Source: Anaeromyxobacter sp. (GTDB lineage: Bacteria > Myxococcota > Myxococcia > Myxococcales > Anaeromyxobacteraceae). From it: a stretch of 64,000 bases of DNA. Below, in pieces: positions 42,710 through 52,779 of the stretch (position 1 is the first letter of the stretch; each line of letters begins with the position of its first letter). Location of the stretch: positions 160,001-224,000 of the forward strand of contig JASGJN010000002.1 of assembly GCA_049840735.1 (NCBI GenBank). The letters run 5' to 3'. The translations under genes were made by a program, and so were the position numbers. The notes under the pieces are model-generated. The model was not told where the DNA came from, did no database searches, and saw nothing but the letters and a program-made list of their open reading frames with translations.

Positions 42710-43831
42710 ATGACGACGCGCGAGGCGGGCGGGGCCGGTCCCCGGGTGGCGGTGGTGGGGTGCGGGCAGATCGCCGACGCGCACCTGCAGGAGGCGCGGC
42801 GCGCCGGGGCCACGGTGGTGGCGGTCTGCGACGCCTGCGGCCCGGTGGCGGAGCAGGCCGCGGCCCGCTTCGGCGTGCCGGCCTGGTACGACGACCTGGA
42901 CGCGCTGCTGGAGCGGGAGCGGCCGGAGGTGGTGCACGTCACCACCCCGCCGGCCTCGCACCTGCCGCTGGCCCGCCGCGCGCTGGCGGCCGGCGCGCAC
43001 GTCTACGTCGAGAAGCCGGTCACCGTGGACGCCGGCGAGGCCGACGCGCTGGCCGAGGCGGCGCGCCGCGCCGGGCGGGAGGTCTGCGCCGGGCACAACC
43101 TGCGCTTCGACCCGGCCGTGCAGCGCCTCCTGGCGCTCCACCGCGCCGGCGCGCTGGGCGAGATGGTCCACGCCGAGGCGGTCATGGGCTACGACCTGGC
43201 CGGCCCGTTCGGCGCCCTGATCCTGGCCGACCCTGGCCACTGGGTGCACCGGCTGCCGGGCGGCCTGGCCCAGAACAACCTCTCGCACCCGCTCTCGCTG
43301 CTCCTGCCGCTGCTGGGCGACGGGCCGCTGGCGGTCCACGCCGGCGCGGCCCGCCTGCGCCCGCAGCGCACCGGGGACGTCCGCGACCGCTTCCACGACG
43401 AGCTGCGGCTGCAGCTCTCCGGCGAGCGCGCCACCGCCTCGGTGGTCTTCTCCTGCCGCATGCGCCCGGTGCAGCTGGCGCTCTCGGTGCTGGGGACCCG
43501 GCGGAGCGCGCAGGTCTCGCTCGACGCGCGCACGGTCCGGCTGGTGGAGGGCTCGCGCTGGCCCGGGCCGCTCGGCAAGGTGGACTGGGCCCGGCGCGAC
43601 GCGCTGGCCGCCGGGCGCGAGGCGCTGGGGCGGGCCGGCGACCTGGCGCGGGCGCGGCTCCACTGGTTCGAGGGGCTGCGGGCGCTGCTGGCCGCGTTCT
43701 ACGCCAGCCTGCGCGGCGCGGGCCAGGCCCCGGCGCCGGTGGCCGAGGCGCGGCGCGTGGCGGAGGTGATGGACCGGGCCTTCGCGCAGCTGGAGGGGAC
43801 CGTCATGAGGGCGGCGGGGGGCGCGCAGTGA
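42710..43831 (+). CDS. Gfo/Idh/MocA oxidoreductase
   Basis: VGCGQIA, TPPASH, HVYVEKP, GHN. Confidence 0.9.
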   Translation: MTTREAGGAGPRVAVVGCGQIADAHLQEARRAGATVVAVCDACGPVAEQAAARFGVPAWYDDLDALLERERPEVVHVTTPPASHLPLARRALAAGAHVYVEKPVTVDAGEADALAEAARRAGREVCAGHNLRFDPAVQRLLALHRAGALGEMVHAEAVMGYDLAGPFGALILADPGHWVHRLPGGLAQNNLSHPLSLLLPLLGDGPLAVHAGAARLRPQRTGDVRDRFHDELRLQLSGERATASVVFSCRMRPVQLALSVLGTRRSAQVSLDARTVRLVEGSRWPGPLGKVDWARRDALAAGREALGRAGDLARARLHWFEGLRALLAAFYASLRGAGQAPAPVAEARRVAEVMDRAFAQLEGTVMRAAGGAQ

Positions 43832-44889
43832 GGGTGGTGACGGGGGCGACGGGGTTCCTGGGGGGCGCCCTGGCGGCGCGGCTGGCGCGCGACGGCGGCG
43901 GGCCGGTGCGCTGCCTGGTCCGGCCCGGCACCGCGCCGGAGCGGCTCAGGCGGCTGCAGGCGCTGGGGCCGGCGGTGGAGGTGGTGCCCTGCCGGCTGGA
44001 CAATCCGGCCGGGCTGCGCGACGCGCTGCAGGGGGCGGCGGTGCTCCACCACGCCGCCGCCGCCAAGCTGGGTCCGCCGGCGGCGCTGGTGGTGGGGGCC
44101 GCGGTGGCCACCGGCCACCTGTTCCGCGCGGCGCTGGCGGCCGGGGTGGCGCGGGTGGTGCTGGTCAGCTCCTTCAGCGTGCTGGGCGTGGCCGGGCTGG
44201 GGCGCGGCGCGGTGGTGGACGAGCAGGCGCCGCTCGAGCCCCACCCCGAGCGGCGGGACGCCTACTGCTTCGCCAAGCTGCGCCAGGAGCAGCTGGCCTG
44301 GCGGCTGGCGCGGGAGCAGGGGCTGCCGCTGACGGTGGTCCGGCCCGGCGCGGTCTTCGGCGAGGGGCAGCCGCTGCTGGGCTCGCGGCTGGGGCTGCGG
44401 CTGGGCGGCCTGTTCCTGCACCTGGGCGGCCGCTGCCTGGTGCCGCTCACCTACGTGGAGAACTGCGCCGAGGCCATCGCGCTGGCCGGCACCGCGCCGG
44501 GCGCGCTGGGCGCGGCCATCCACGTGGTGGACGACGGCCTGCCCACCAGCCGCGCGCTGCTGGCGCGCTACCGGCGCGAGGTGGAGCCGCTGCGGGTGAT
44601 CCCCCTCCCCGGCCCGCTGCTGGGCGCGGCGGCCTGGCTCAACGCCTGGTACAGCGCCCGCACCGCCAACCACCTGCCGCCGGTGCTCACGCCCTACAAG
44701 GCGGCCAGCCTGTGGCGCCCGCTCCGCTACTCCAGCGCGCGCGCCCGGGCGCTGCTGGGCTGGGCGCCGCGCGTCCCCATGGCCGAGGCGCTGGACCGGA
44801 CCTTCGCGGCGCTGGCGCGCGCCGCGGCCCCGCCCCGCGCGGCGGAGGCCGGGCCCCCCGCCGCGCCCAGGCTGGAGGTGCGCGCGTGA
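43828..44889 (+). CDS. NAD-dependent epimerase/dehydratase
   Basis: TGATGFLG, VSS, YCFAK, VRPGAVFG. Confidence 0.88.
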   Translation: MRVVTGATGFLGGALAARLARDGGGPVRCLVRPGTAPERLRRLQALGPAVEVVPCRLDNPAGLRDALQGAAVLHHAAAAKLGPPAALVVGAAVATGHLFRAALAAGVARVVLVSSFSVLGVAGLGRGAVVDEQAPLEPHPERRDAYCFAKLRQEQLAWRLAREQGLPLTVVRPGAVFGEGQPLLGSRLGLRLGGLFLHLGGRCLVPLTYVENCAEAIALAGTAPGALGAAIHVVDDGLPTSRALLARYRREVEPLRVIPLPGPLLGAAAWLNAWYSARTANHLPPVLTPYKAASLWRPLRYSSARARALLGWAPRVPMAEALDRTFAALARAAAPPRAAEAGPPAAPRLEVRA

Positions 44890-46055
44890 GCGGACCCACC
44901 CGGATCCTCGTCTTCCAGAACCGCTTCCTGATCGGCGGCCAGGAGCGGCAGACGGTGCTCAACGTCCGGACCATGGACCGGAGCAGGTACGAGCCGCTGG
45001 TGGCCTGCCTCAAGGTGGAGGGCGAGCACCTGGAGGACCTGGCCGCCGCCGGCGTCCGCCCCGGGCTGGTGGACGTGGGCCACCGCATGCTCAGGCCCAA
45101 CACCGCGCGGCAGGTCTGGCGCCTGGCGCAGCGGATCAAGGCCGAAGACATCCGGCTGGTGCACGCCCAGGACATCTACACCAACGTGCTGGGGAGCCTG
45201 GCCGCGCGGCTGGCCGGGGTGCCGGTGATCGTCACGCGGGTGGACCTGGGCCACCACATCATGGGCTACCGGCGGCCGCTGACCCGGCTGGCCTGCCGCG
45301 CCGCCGACCGCGTGCTGGTCAACGCGCTCTGCATCCGCGACCTGGTCATCCGCGAGGGCGTGGCGCCCGACCGCGTGGTGGTCGTCCGCAACGGCGTGGA
45401 CCTGCCGGCGCTGGACCAGGCGGTGCGCGACCTCCCCGACCCGGCGCTGCCGCCCGGCGACTGGATCACCTGCGTGGCCAACATGCACCACCCGGTGAAG
45501 GGCCAGACCGACCTGCTGGCGGCGCTGCGGGAGGTGCTGCGCCAGCGCCCCTCGGCGCGCCTGCTGCTGGTGGGCGACGGCGTGCGCCGGCCTGCGCTGG
45601 AGCGGCTGGCCGGGCAGCTGGGGGTGGCCGGGCGCGTCCTGTTCGCCGGCTTCCGCCGCGACGGGCCGGCGCTGCTGGCCCGCAGCGCCGTGGCGGTCTC
45701 GGCCAGCCACGCCGAGGGGATCTCCAACTCGATCCTGGAGGCCATGGCGCTGCGGCTGCCGGTGGTGGCCACCGCCGTGGGGGGCACGCCCGAGCTGGTC
45801 CGCGACGGCGTGAACGGGTTCCTGGTGCCGCCCGGCGCGCCCGGCGCCCTGGCGCGCCGCCTGCTGGACGCGCTGGCCGACCCGCGCCGCGCCCGGCGGA
45901 TGGGCGCGCGCGGGCGGCGCATCGTGGAGGCCGAGTTCGACGTCCGGCAGATGCGGATCGGCTACGACGCGCTCTACGACGCGCTGGCGGCCCACCCGGT
46001 GCCACGGCTCATGGCGGGCCAGGCGGCGCCGGAGCCGGCGCGGGCGCGGGGTTGA
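44886..46055 (+). CDS. GT4-family glycosyltransferase
   Basis: GGQERQ, NGVD, KG, EGISNSILEAMA, VGGTPE. Confidence 0.92.
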   Translation: MSGPTRILVFQNRFLIGGQERQTVLNVRTMDRSRYEPLVACLKVEGEHLEDLAAAGVRPGLVDVGHRMLRPNTARQVWRLAQRIKAEDIRLVHAQDIYTNVLGSLAARLAGVPVIVTRVDLGHHIMGYRRPLTRLACRAADRVLVNALCIRDLVIREGVAPDRVVVVRNGVDLPALDQAVRDLPDPALPPGDWITCVANMHHPVKGQTDLLAALREVLRQRPSARLLLVGDGVRRPALERLAGQLGVAGRVLFAGFRRDGPALLARSAVAVSASHAEGISNSILEAMALRLPVVATAVGGTPELVRDGVNGFLVPPGAPGALARRLLDALADPRRARRMGARGRRIVEAEFDVRQMRIGYDALYDALAAHPVPRLMAGQAAPEPARARG

Positions 46056-46061
46056 GCGGCG

Positions 46062-47081
46062 CTACCGCGCCCCGTACTGCCGCTCGTAGTAGCTCCGGTA
46101 CTCGCCGGAGATGATCCGCTCCCACCAGGGCCGGTGGTCGCGGTACCAGGCCACCGTGTCCGCGAGCGCCTCCTCGAAGCGCCGGCGCGGGGCCCAGCCC
46201 AGCTCGCGCTGCGACCTGGCCGCGTCGATGGCGTAGCGCCGGTCGTGGCCGGGCCGGTCCTTGACGTAGGTGATGAGCGAGCGCGGCTTGCCCAGCAGGT
46301 CGAGCACGCCGTGCACGATCTCGAGGTTCCGCTTCTCGCTGGCCGCGCCGAAGTTGTAGACCCGCCCGGCCTGCCCGTCCTCGAGCGCCGCCAGCAGGCC
46401 GCGGCAGTGGTCCTCCACGTGGATCCAGTCGCGCACGTTCTGCCCGTCGCCGTACACCGGCAGCGGCAGGTCCCGCAGCGCGTTGGCGATCATGAGCGGG
46501 ATGAGCTTCTCCGGGAACTGGTAGGGCCCGTAGTTGTTGGAGCAGCGCGAGACCACCACCGGCAGGCCGAAGGTGTGGGCGTAGGCCAGCGCCAGCAGGT
46601 CGCTGCCCGCCTTGGAGGCCGAGTACGGGGACGAGGGCGAAAGCGGCGTCTCCTCGGTGAAGAAGCCGGTGGGCCCCAGCGAGCCGTAGACCTCGTCGGT
46701 GGAGACGTGCAGGAAGCGCTTCACGCCGCGCTCGCGGGCCGCCTCCAGCAGCACCTGGGTGCCGCGCACGTTGGTGTCGATGAAGACGCTGGGGGCCAGG
46801 ATGGAGCGGTCCACGTGGCTCTCGGCCGCCAGGTGCATCACCGCGTCGACGGCCTCCTCGGCCATGACGCTGGCCACGGTGGCCCCGTCGCAGATGTCGG
46901 CCCGGACGAAGCGGTAGCGCGGGTGGTCGGCCAGGTCCGCCAGGTTCTCGGCGTTGCCGGCGTAGGTCAGCTTGTCGAGGTTGACGATGCGCCAGGACGG
47001 GCGCTCGGCCAGCAGCAGCCGGACCAGGTTCGAGCCGATGAAGCCGGCGCCGCCGGTGACCAGGACGTTCACGTCGCGCAC
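46062..47081 (-). CDS. rfbB: dTDP-glucose 4,6-dehydratase
   Basis: GGAGFIG, DKLTYAGN, AAESHVDRS, STDEVYG, YSASK. Confidence 0.96.
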   Translation of the reverse strand: MRDVNVLVTGGAGFIGSNLVRLLLAERPSWRIVNLDKLTYAGNAENLADLADHPRYRFVRADICDGATVASVMAEEAVDAVMHLAAESHVDRSILAPSVFIDTNVRGTQVLLEAARERGVKRFLHVSTDEVYGSLGPTGFFTEETPLSPSSPYSASKAGSDLLALAYAHTFGLPVVVSRCSNNYGPYQFPEKLIPLMIANALRDLPLPVYGDGQNVRDWIHVEDHCRGLLAALEDGQAGRVYNFGAASEKRNLEIVHGVLDLLGKPRSLITYVKDRPGHDRRYAIDAARSQRELGWAPRRRFEEALADTVAWYRDHRPWWERIISGEYRSYYERQYGAR

Positions 47082-47210
47082 CTCGAGGCGGGAGCACCCC
47101 GCGCGGCCGGCACCGGGAGGGTGCCGCGCCGCGGGGACTCTACCACGCCGCCCGGGCGCGGGCCGCGCCGCCCGGCGCCGGGCTGGCCGGCCGCCGGACG
47201 GCAGCGCTGC

Positions 47211-48614
47211 CTACTGCGCGCCGCGGGAGGTGAGCACCGCGGGGATGGTCTTGAGGCAGATCTGGATGTCGGTCCAGAGCGACCACTTGTCGATGTACTC
47301 GAGGTCCAGCTCCATCCAGCGGTCGAAGTCGATGTTGTTGCGGCCGCTGATCTGCCACACGCAGGTGATGCCCGGCTTCACCGAGAGGCGGCGGCGCTGC
47401 CACCGCTTGTACTGCTTCACCTCGGCGGGGATGGGCGGGCGCGGGCCGACGATGCTCATCTCGCCCCGCAGCACGTTCCAGAACTGGGGGAACTCGTCCA
47501 GCGAGGTCTTGCGGATGAACCGGCCCATGGGCGTGACGCGCGGGTCGTTCTTCATCTTGAAGACCGGGCCGCTCATCTCGTTCTGGGCCTTGAGCGACTC
47601 GAGGCGGGCCTCGGCGTCGGTGTACATGGAGCGGAACTTCAGGATGTTGAAGGTCCGGCCGTGCAGCCCCACCCGCTTCTGCCGGAAGAACACGGGGCCG
47701 CGGGAGTCGATGCGGATGGCGAGCGCCAGGCCGGCCAGCACCGGCGACAGGATGAGGAGCACCGAGGCGCTCACCACGATGTCGAAGGCGCGCTTGGCCA
47801 GCAGGGCCAGCTCGTCGGTCGGGGTGCGGGTCAGCGCCAGCATGGGCATGCCGTTCATCTCGCCCACCGACATCCGCGAGCTGCCGAAGCGGAGCACGTC
47901 GAGCGCGATCATCACCGACACGCCCTGCTCCTCGCAGACCTCGACCGCCTCCTCGATGGCCGAGAGCCGCTCGCGCGGCACCGCGAAGACCACGTCGTCC
48001 AGCACGTGCTCCTCGAGGATGGCGCCCAGGTCCGCCAGGCGGCCCAGGATCACGCAGTCGGGATCGGCCGGCGTGGCGCCGTCCTCGAGCACGTAGCCGG
48101 CCAGCTTCATGCCCCACTGCGGGTGCTGGCGGACGTTGTCGATGAACTCGGAGGCGAGCGAGCCCGAGCCGACCACGGCGTAGTAGCGGACGCGGCCGGA
48201 GTTGGCGCCGGCGGCGCGCGCCACCCAGGCGATGACCAGGCGGCTCGCCACCATCAGGCCGTAGGCGAGGCCGAAGTACATGGCCGTCATCAGCCGCGAC
48301 GTCTCCTGGTACTTGGAGAAGAAGACGCCCGCCGCGATGGCCAGCGCCACCAGCGCCATGGAGCGCCCGGCCCGGACGATCTCGTTCCAGACCGAGTGCG
48401 GCCGCGCGTCGTACACGCGGTGCAGCCAGGCCGCGGCGCCCCACAGCAGCACCACGACCAGCAGCGGCAGCCAGAAGTGGTCGAGCGGGGCCAGCCGGTG
48501 GTCAGGCCGGAGGTGCTGGTAGGCGGCGTAGGCGCCCGGCAGCGAGAGCGTCAGGGCCGCGAAGTCGACGAGCCGGACGGCCGCCTCGGTCGGCCGCGCG
48601 TTGTGTCTCAGCAT
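47211..48614 (-). CDS. Priming polyisoprenyl-phosphate hexose-1-phosphate transferase (WcaJ/EpsZ-like)
   Basis: N-terminal TMs, KRAFDI, KFRSM, DPRVT, SLDEFPQ, VGPRP. Confidence 0.93.
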   Translation of the reverse strand: MLRHNARPTEAAVRLVDFAALTLSLPGAYAAYQHLRPDHRLAPLDHFWLPLLVVVLLWGAAAWLHRVYDARPHSVWNEIVRAGRSMALVALAIAAGVFFSKYQETSRLMTAMYFGLAYGLMVASRLVIAWVARAAGANSGRVRYYAVVGSGSLASEFIDNVRQHPQWGMKLAGYVLEDGATPADPDCVILGRLADLGAILEEHVLDDVVFAVPRERLSAIEEAVEVCEEQGVSVMIALDVLRFGSSRMSVGEMNGMPMLALTRTPTDELALLAKRAFDIVVSASVLLILSPVLAGLALAIRIDSRGPVFFRQKRVGLHGRTFNILKFRSMYTDAEARLESLKAQNEMSGPVFKMKNDPRVTPMGRFIRKTSLDEFPQFWNVLRGEMSIVGPRPPIPAEVKQYKRWQRRRLSVKPGITCVWQISGRNNIDFDRWMELDLEYIDKWSLWTDIQICLKTIPAVLTSRGAQ

Positions 48615-49110
48615 TCGTGTGGCTCCCCGGTGGACAGCGTCGGGCTGATCACTACAGCGGCGCCGTGAGCGGCGGTATCAACGGGTCGTGGGTCAGACGA
48701 GCGGGTGACGCAGGAAGGGGTCACGACCTCATGGCACATGGTGTTCACCGACCGCCAACCTCCGTCCGGTCCCGATCCCGGGCCGTGCTCCGGGGATCCT
48801 CCCCGGCAGCTGCGTGTGACGCGCACACTTATCCACGGCGTGGGCGCCGCGCGCGTACCGGGACCGTGGGACCGTGTCGTGGCGCCACGCACGGCCAGTG
48901 AGATTCGGGGTGCCTGCACCTCGAACGCGGGACGCATTCTTCACGCTCAGGAAACCCCGACCCCCGGATCGCGCCCTGCCGCGCACGACCCGGCCGAGCG
49001 CACCCCCTCTGGACCGCTGCGCGCCTCGCGCAGGGCCCTACCATTCGGCCTTCTCTGCTACACCTGAACCGTCACCGGGACGGCCCCGCCGCCCAGGTCC
49101 GGAGGGTTCC

Positions 49111-49764
49111 ATGGAAGAGCTTCACCGCAGCGCCACGCCCGCCCCCGACCGCGCCAGGCGGCTCCCCGCGGCCCGCTGCACGCTGCTGGCCCTCGCCGGC
49201 CTCGCCCTCGCGGCCGCCTGCACACCCAGGGGAACCTTCGTCCGCGCCGAGGACCTCCCCGCCGACGCTCCCGAGACGGAGTACCGGATCGCGGTGGGCG
49301 ACGTGCTGGGGGTGCGGGTGTGGAACCAGGAGTCCATGTCCACCAACCACGCCCGCGTCCGCGAGGACGGGCGCATCTCGGTCCCCTTCCTCCAGGACGT
49401 GGAGGCGGTCGGGCTCACCACCAGCGAGCTCGCGGCCCGCCTCCAGAGCAAGCTGCGCAGCCTGCTCAACAGCCCGGTGGTCACGGTGACGCTGGAGGAC
49501 GCGCGCCCGGTCCGCGTTTCGGTGATGGGCGAGGTGGCCCGGTCCGGCCAGTACGATCTGGACCAGGGCGCGGGCGTGCTGGCGGCGCTGGCGGCGGCGG
49601 GCGGCCTCACCGAGTACGCGCACCGCGACGAGATCTACGTGCTCCGCTCCTCGGGCGGCCAGAAGGCGCCGCTCCGCATCCGCTTCGGCTACGGCGCGCT
49701 CTCCCGCGGCGAGAAGCAGGCGGCCTTCCGGCTGCGGGCCGGCGACGTGGTCGTGGTGGAGTGA
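49111..49764 (+). CDS. Short OPX (Wza-like) polysaccharide export lipoprotein
   Basis: Lipobox LAAAC, YRIAVGD, VREDGRISVP, SLBB domain; ends GDVVVVE with no C-terminal OM helix. Confidence 0.9.
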   Translation: MEELHRSATPAPDRARRLPAARCTLLALAGLALAAACTPRGTFVRAEDLPADAPETEYRIAVGDVLGVRVWNQESMSTNHARVREDGRISVPFLQDVEAVGLTTSELAARLQSKLRSLLNSPVVTVTLEDARPVRVSVMGEVARSGQYDLDQGAGVLAALAAAGGLTEYAHRDEIYVLRSSGGQKAPLRIRFGYGALSRGEKQAAFRLRAGDVVVVE

Positions 49765-49767
49765 GGC

Positions 49768-50958
49768 GTGGGCGCCGCGCTGGCCCTGCTGGTGGCGTGT
49801 GCCCTCGGGGCGCCCGACCTCGAGGCGCGGGCCGCGCTGCGCGCCGAGGTCAGCGAGCGGCGCTACGATCCGGAGGAGGGCGACGCCCGCCGCACGGACC
49901 AGCTGCTCCTGCACCCCGACCTGCAGGCGGACCTGGTCGGCCCCGACGCGCGGCTGGGGCTGGCCTACCGGCCGCGCATCGCGTTCATCAAGACCGCCGG
50001 GCTGCCCGACCAGCGCGAGGTGCTCCACGACGGCGCCGCGCGCCTCACGCTGCTGGCGGCGAGGCCCTGGCGGATCACGCTCGAGGCCACCGGCGCCCTG
50101 GGGCGGACCGACCTGGTGACGCAGTTCCGCCCCGGCACCGGCGGGGGCGGGACCGGGGGCGGGACGGGCGGCGAGCCGCCCCCGGTGGTCACCACCACCA
50201 GCGTGGTGGACTACCAGAACGCCTCGCTCATCCTGTCGCTGGCCGGCCCGGCGGGGCGCGCCAGCGACCTGTCCCTCGACCTCACCGCCCACACCGACGG
50301 CGGCGCCACCGCCGAGGCGCGCCAGTCCATGCCCACGCAGCGCACCGCCGAGGCGCGCGCGCTCTGGATCAGGCGGATCACGCCCCGGGACGGCGTCGAG
50401 CTGCGGGCGGACGCGCTCTGGGCCGAGCTGCCGGACCTCGACACCCGCTCGGCCACCGGCACGGGCGTCCTCACCTGGACCCACCGCTTCTCGCGGACCT
50501 GGGACGGCCGGGCCGGGGCCGGGGCCGTGGGCGGCTGGTTCGACCTGGCGGACGAGACCACCAGCGACGTCTACCCCGCCGGCGAGCTGGGGCTCTCGCA
50601 CCGCTCCGCCGATCTCCGCGCCGGCCAGGACCTGCGGGTGCGCCTCGGCGCCGGCATCGACCGGCTCACCGGCGAGGTCGCGCCCGAGCAGACCTTCGAG
50701 CTCACCGCCCGGTGGCGGCTGGGGGAGTCCTTCGGCCTCTCGGCGCTGGTGGCCGGCGGCCTGGCGCAGCAGGAGCTGGGCGACACGCGGCGCGGCAACG
50801 CCGAGGTGCGCGGCACCTGGGAGGTCCACCGCCTGGTGGAGCTGGACCTGGGCCTGTTCGGCCAGGCGCAGCGCGCCAACCGGATCACCCTCCCCAGCTT
50901 CGACGAATGGGGCGCCTACCTGGGCGCCACGCTCCGCACGCCGGTCGGCGTCTGGTGA
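49768..50958 (+). CDS. Putative outer-membrane beta-barrel partner of OPX
   Basis: Signal peptide, amphipathic beta-strand pattern, terminal W, directly after short OPX. Confidence 0.65.
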   Translation: MGAALALLVACALGAPDLEARAALRAEVSERRYDPEEGDARRTDQLLLHPDLQADLVGPDARLGLAYRPRIAFIKTAGLPDQREVLHDGAARLTLLAARPWRITLEATGALGRTDLVTQFRPGTGGGGTGGGTGGEPPPVVTTTSVVDYQNASLILSLAGPAGRASDLSLDLTAHTDGGATAEARQSMPTQRTAEARALWIRRITPRDGVELRADALWAELPDLDTRSATGTGVLTWTHRFSRTWDGRAGAGAVGGWFDLADETTSDVYPAGELGLSHRSADLRAGQDLRVRLGAGIDRLTGEVAPEQTFELTARWRLGESFGLSALVAGGLAQQELGDTRRGNAEVRGTWEVHRLVELDLGLFGQAQRANRITLPSFDEWGAYLGATLRTPVGVW

Positions 50959-51684
50959 TCAGCGCCCGCGGGTGAGCTGGGAGCGCAGCTCCGGCGCGAA
51001 CCAGCCGCCGGGCGCCGGCCGCGGCCCCTCGCCCTGCTTGACGCACAGGAGCTCCAGCCGCCCGCCCTGCACCCGCACGTCGAGGCGATCGCGCCAGGAG
51101 GCCACCGCGCCGGTGGCCCGGGCCGAGCTCGTATACCAGACCCCCTCGGCCAGGCGCGCCGGAAGGCGGATCCCCCAGGACCGGTCCGGCCCCAGGGCCA
51201 GGATCCGGCGCACCATCACCTGCGCGGCCGCCCCCTCCGCCACGTCCACGCCCGGGTCGGCCACGCGCACCAGCGTGAAGCTGGGAGCGTCCAGGACCTC
51301 GAGCCGGGCCACCGCCATCTCGTAGGTCGCCAGCACCAGGTCCGGCGCGCCGTCGCCGGCCGCGCGCGCCGACAGCAGCACCGTCTCGGCCCGCCGCGGG
51401 GACGCCTCGGGGCGGAAGAAGCGATCCCACCAGGCGCCCAGGTCGCCGAGCGTCGGCCCCAGGCTGGCCGGCGCCGCCAGCGGCACGAAGGCCTCCGGGG
51501 GCAGCCGGGCCGCCGGCTCCACCGTGGCCTCGAGCCCTCCCGCCGGGCGCTGCTGCCGCCCCTCCTCGCGCGCCGGCCCCGCGCAGGCCAGCCCGAGGGC
51601 GCAGGCCACCACCGCCACGCCCGGAGCGATCGGGGATACCCTGAACCGGGGACGTCGTCGCGACATCCCACGAACGTAGACCAT
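50959..51684 (-). CDS. Hypothetical lipoprotein (start uncertain)
   Basis: Hydrophobic stretch with LGLAC lipobox. Confidence 0.5.
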   Translation of the reverse strand: MVYVRGMSRRRPRFRVSPIAPGVAVVACALGLACAGPAREEGRQQRPAGGLEATVEPAARLPPEAFVPLAAPASLGPTLGDLGAWWDRFFRPEASPRRAETVLLSARAAGDGAPDLVLATYEMAVARLEVLDAPSFTLVRVADPGVDVAEGAAAQVMVRRILALGPDRSWGIRLPARLAEGVWYTSSARATGAVASWRDRLDVRVQGGRLELLCVKQGEGPRPAPGGWFAPELRSQLTRGR

Positions 51685-51926
51685 CGCCGGCCCATGAGGG
51701 CGCGAAAAGCGGCCGGCTGGCCTGCCGGGTGCGCCCCTCCGACAGGCCAGGCTCCCGGGGCACGCTTGCGGCCGTGCGCCGCAGTCACCACCCCATTACC
51801 CGAGGGAAGTCGCCAGCGTCAGGAAGCGCCGCCCCGGGGCCGCGTCCCTGTTTCGCCCTGCTTGACCCTTCCTTGCGAACGGTCCTCTATTGTGGCGGGG
51901 AGACCGGAGCCGACTCCGGATCGTGC

Positions 51927-52640
51927 ATGAGCAAATCGTCCAAGGTGTTCGCGAAGGAAGGGGACGGGCCGCAGCCGTCGGCGGCCGTGGCCTCCGAGCT
52001 CATCGAGTTCTGGAGCGCCCTGTCCAAGCGGACCTGGACCAGCCTGCTGCTCCTTCCCACGGATCCGGACGGGTCCACGGCGGAGATGGCGAAGAAGCTC
52101 GCCGACGTGGGCCGGCTCCTCAGCTTCGATCCGGTCACCGCGGTGACCACGCCCACGCTCGAGTTCGGCTCGGCGCTGGCGCTCGTCGACCTGCAGCGCC
52201 ACGCCCGAGGCGTCCAGCCGCTGGCCGCCAGCGGCGCGCGGGCGCCGCTCATCGACGTGACGCCGCACCCGCACGCCGCCGCGCCCGCGCAGCACCCGCA
52301 CCCGCCGCCGCACCCCCACCCCCCGCCGCCCGGCGCCCAGGCCGCCCCGAACCCGGCCGGCGGCGGTCCGGCCGCCGCGCCGCGGGTCGAGGGCGCGAAG
52401 GAGCACGGCGTGCAGCCGGTGCCCGCAGCGAAGAACCAGGCCATCGCCCTCGCCTCCACCTCCCGGCTCATCCTCTCCATCCCGCCGGTGATCGTGGAGC
52501 CGCTGGGCATCCCGGCGGCGCACGAGGCCGACGTGGTGGTCCTGGCCGTCCACCGCGCGCGCTCGCGCCTCGCGAACGTCCGGCGCACCATCGAGCTGGT
52601 GGGGCGGGAGCGGATCCTCGGCTGCTACTTCGTCGCGTGA
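51927..52640 (+). CDS. Stand-alone BY-kinase-like protein lacking Walker A (pseudokinase-like)
   Basis: FWSALSKRTWTSLLLLP N-term; ADVVVLAV...RRTIELVGRERILG C-term like Wzc kinase domain; no GK[ST]. Confidence 0.7.
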   Translation: MSKSSKVFAKEGDGPQPSAAVASELIEFWSALSKRTWTSLLLLPTDPDGSTAEMAKKLADVGRLLSFDPVTAVTTPTLEFGSALALVDLQRHARGVQPLAASGARAPLIDVTPHPHAAAPAQHPHPPPHPHPPPPGAQAAPNPAGGGPAAAPRVEGAKEHGVQPVPAAKNQAIALASTSRLILSIPPVIVEPLGIPAAHEADVVVLAVHRARSRLANVRRTIELVGRERILGCYFVA

Positions 52641-52779
52641 AATCGCCACACACCCCACCAAGGGCAAGAACGCAAGCGCCGCGGGCGTCCATGCTCTGCC
52701 ACCCTCTCGCTCCTGTCGGGGCGCAGCCAGCGTCCGAACCGCCAGTCCACCGGGACGCCAGCCCCGGAGCCCCGTGACG

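Noticed and set aside
48829..48837. Single DnaA-box-like TTATCCACG
   Set aside because: Isolated one-mismatch match, compatible with chance
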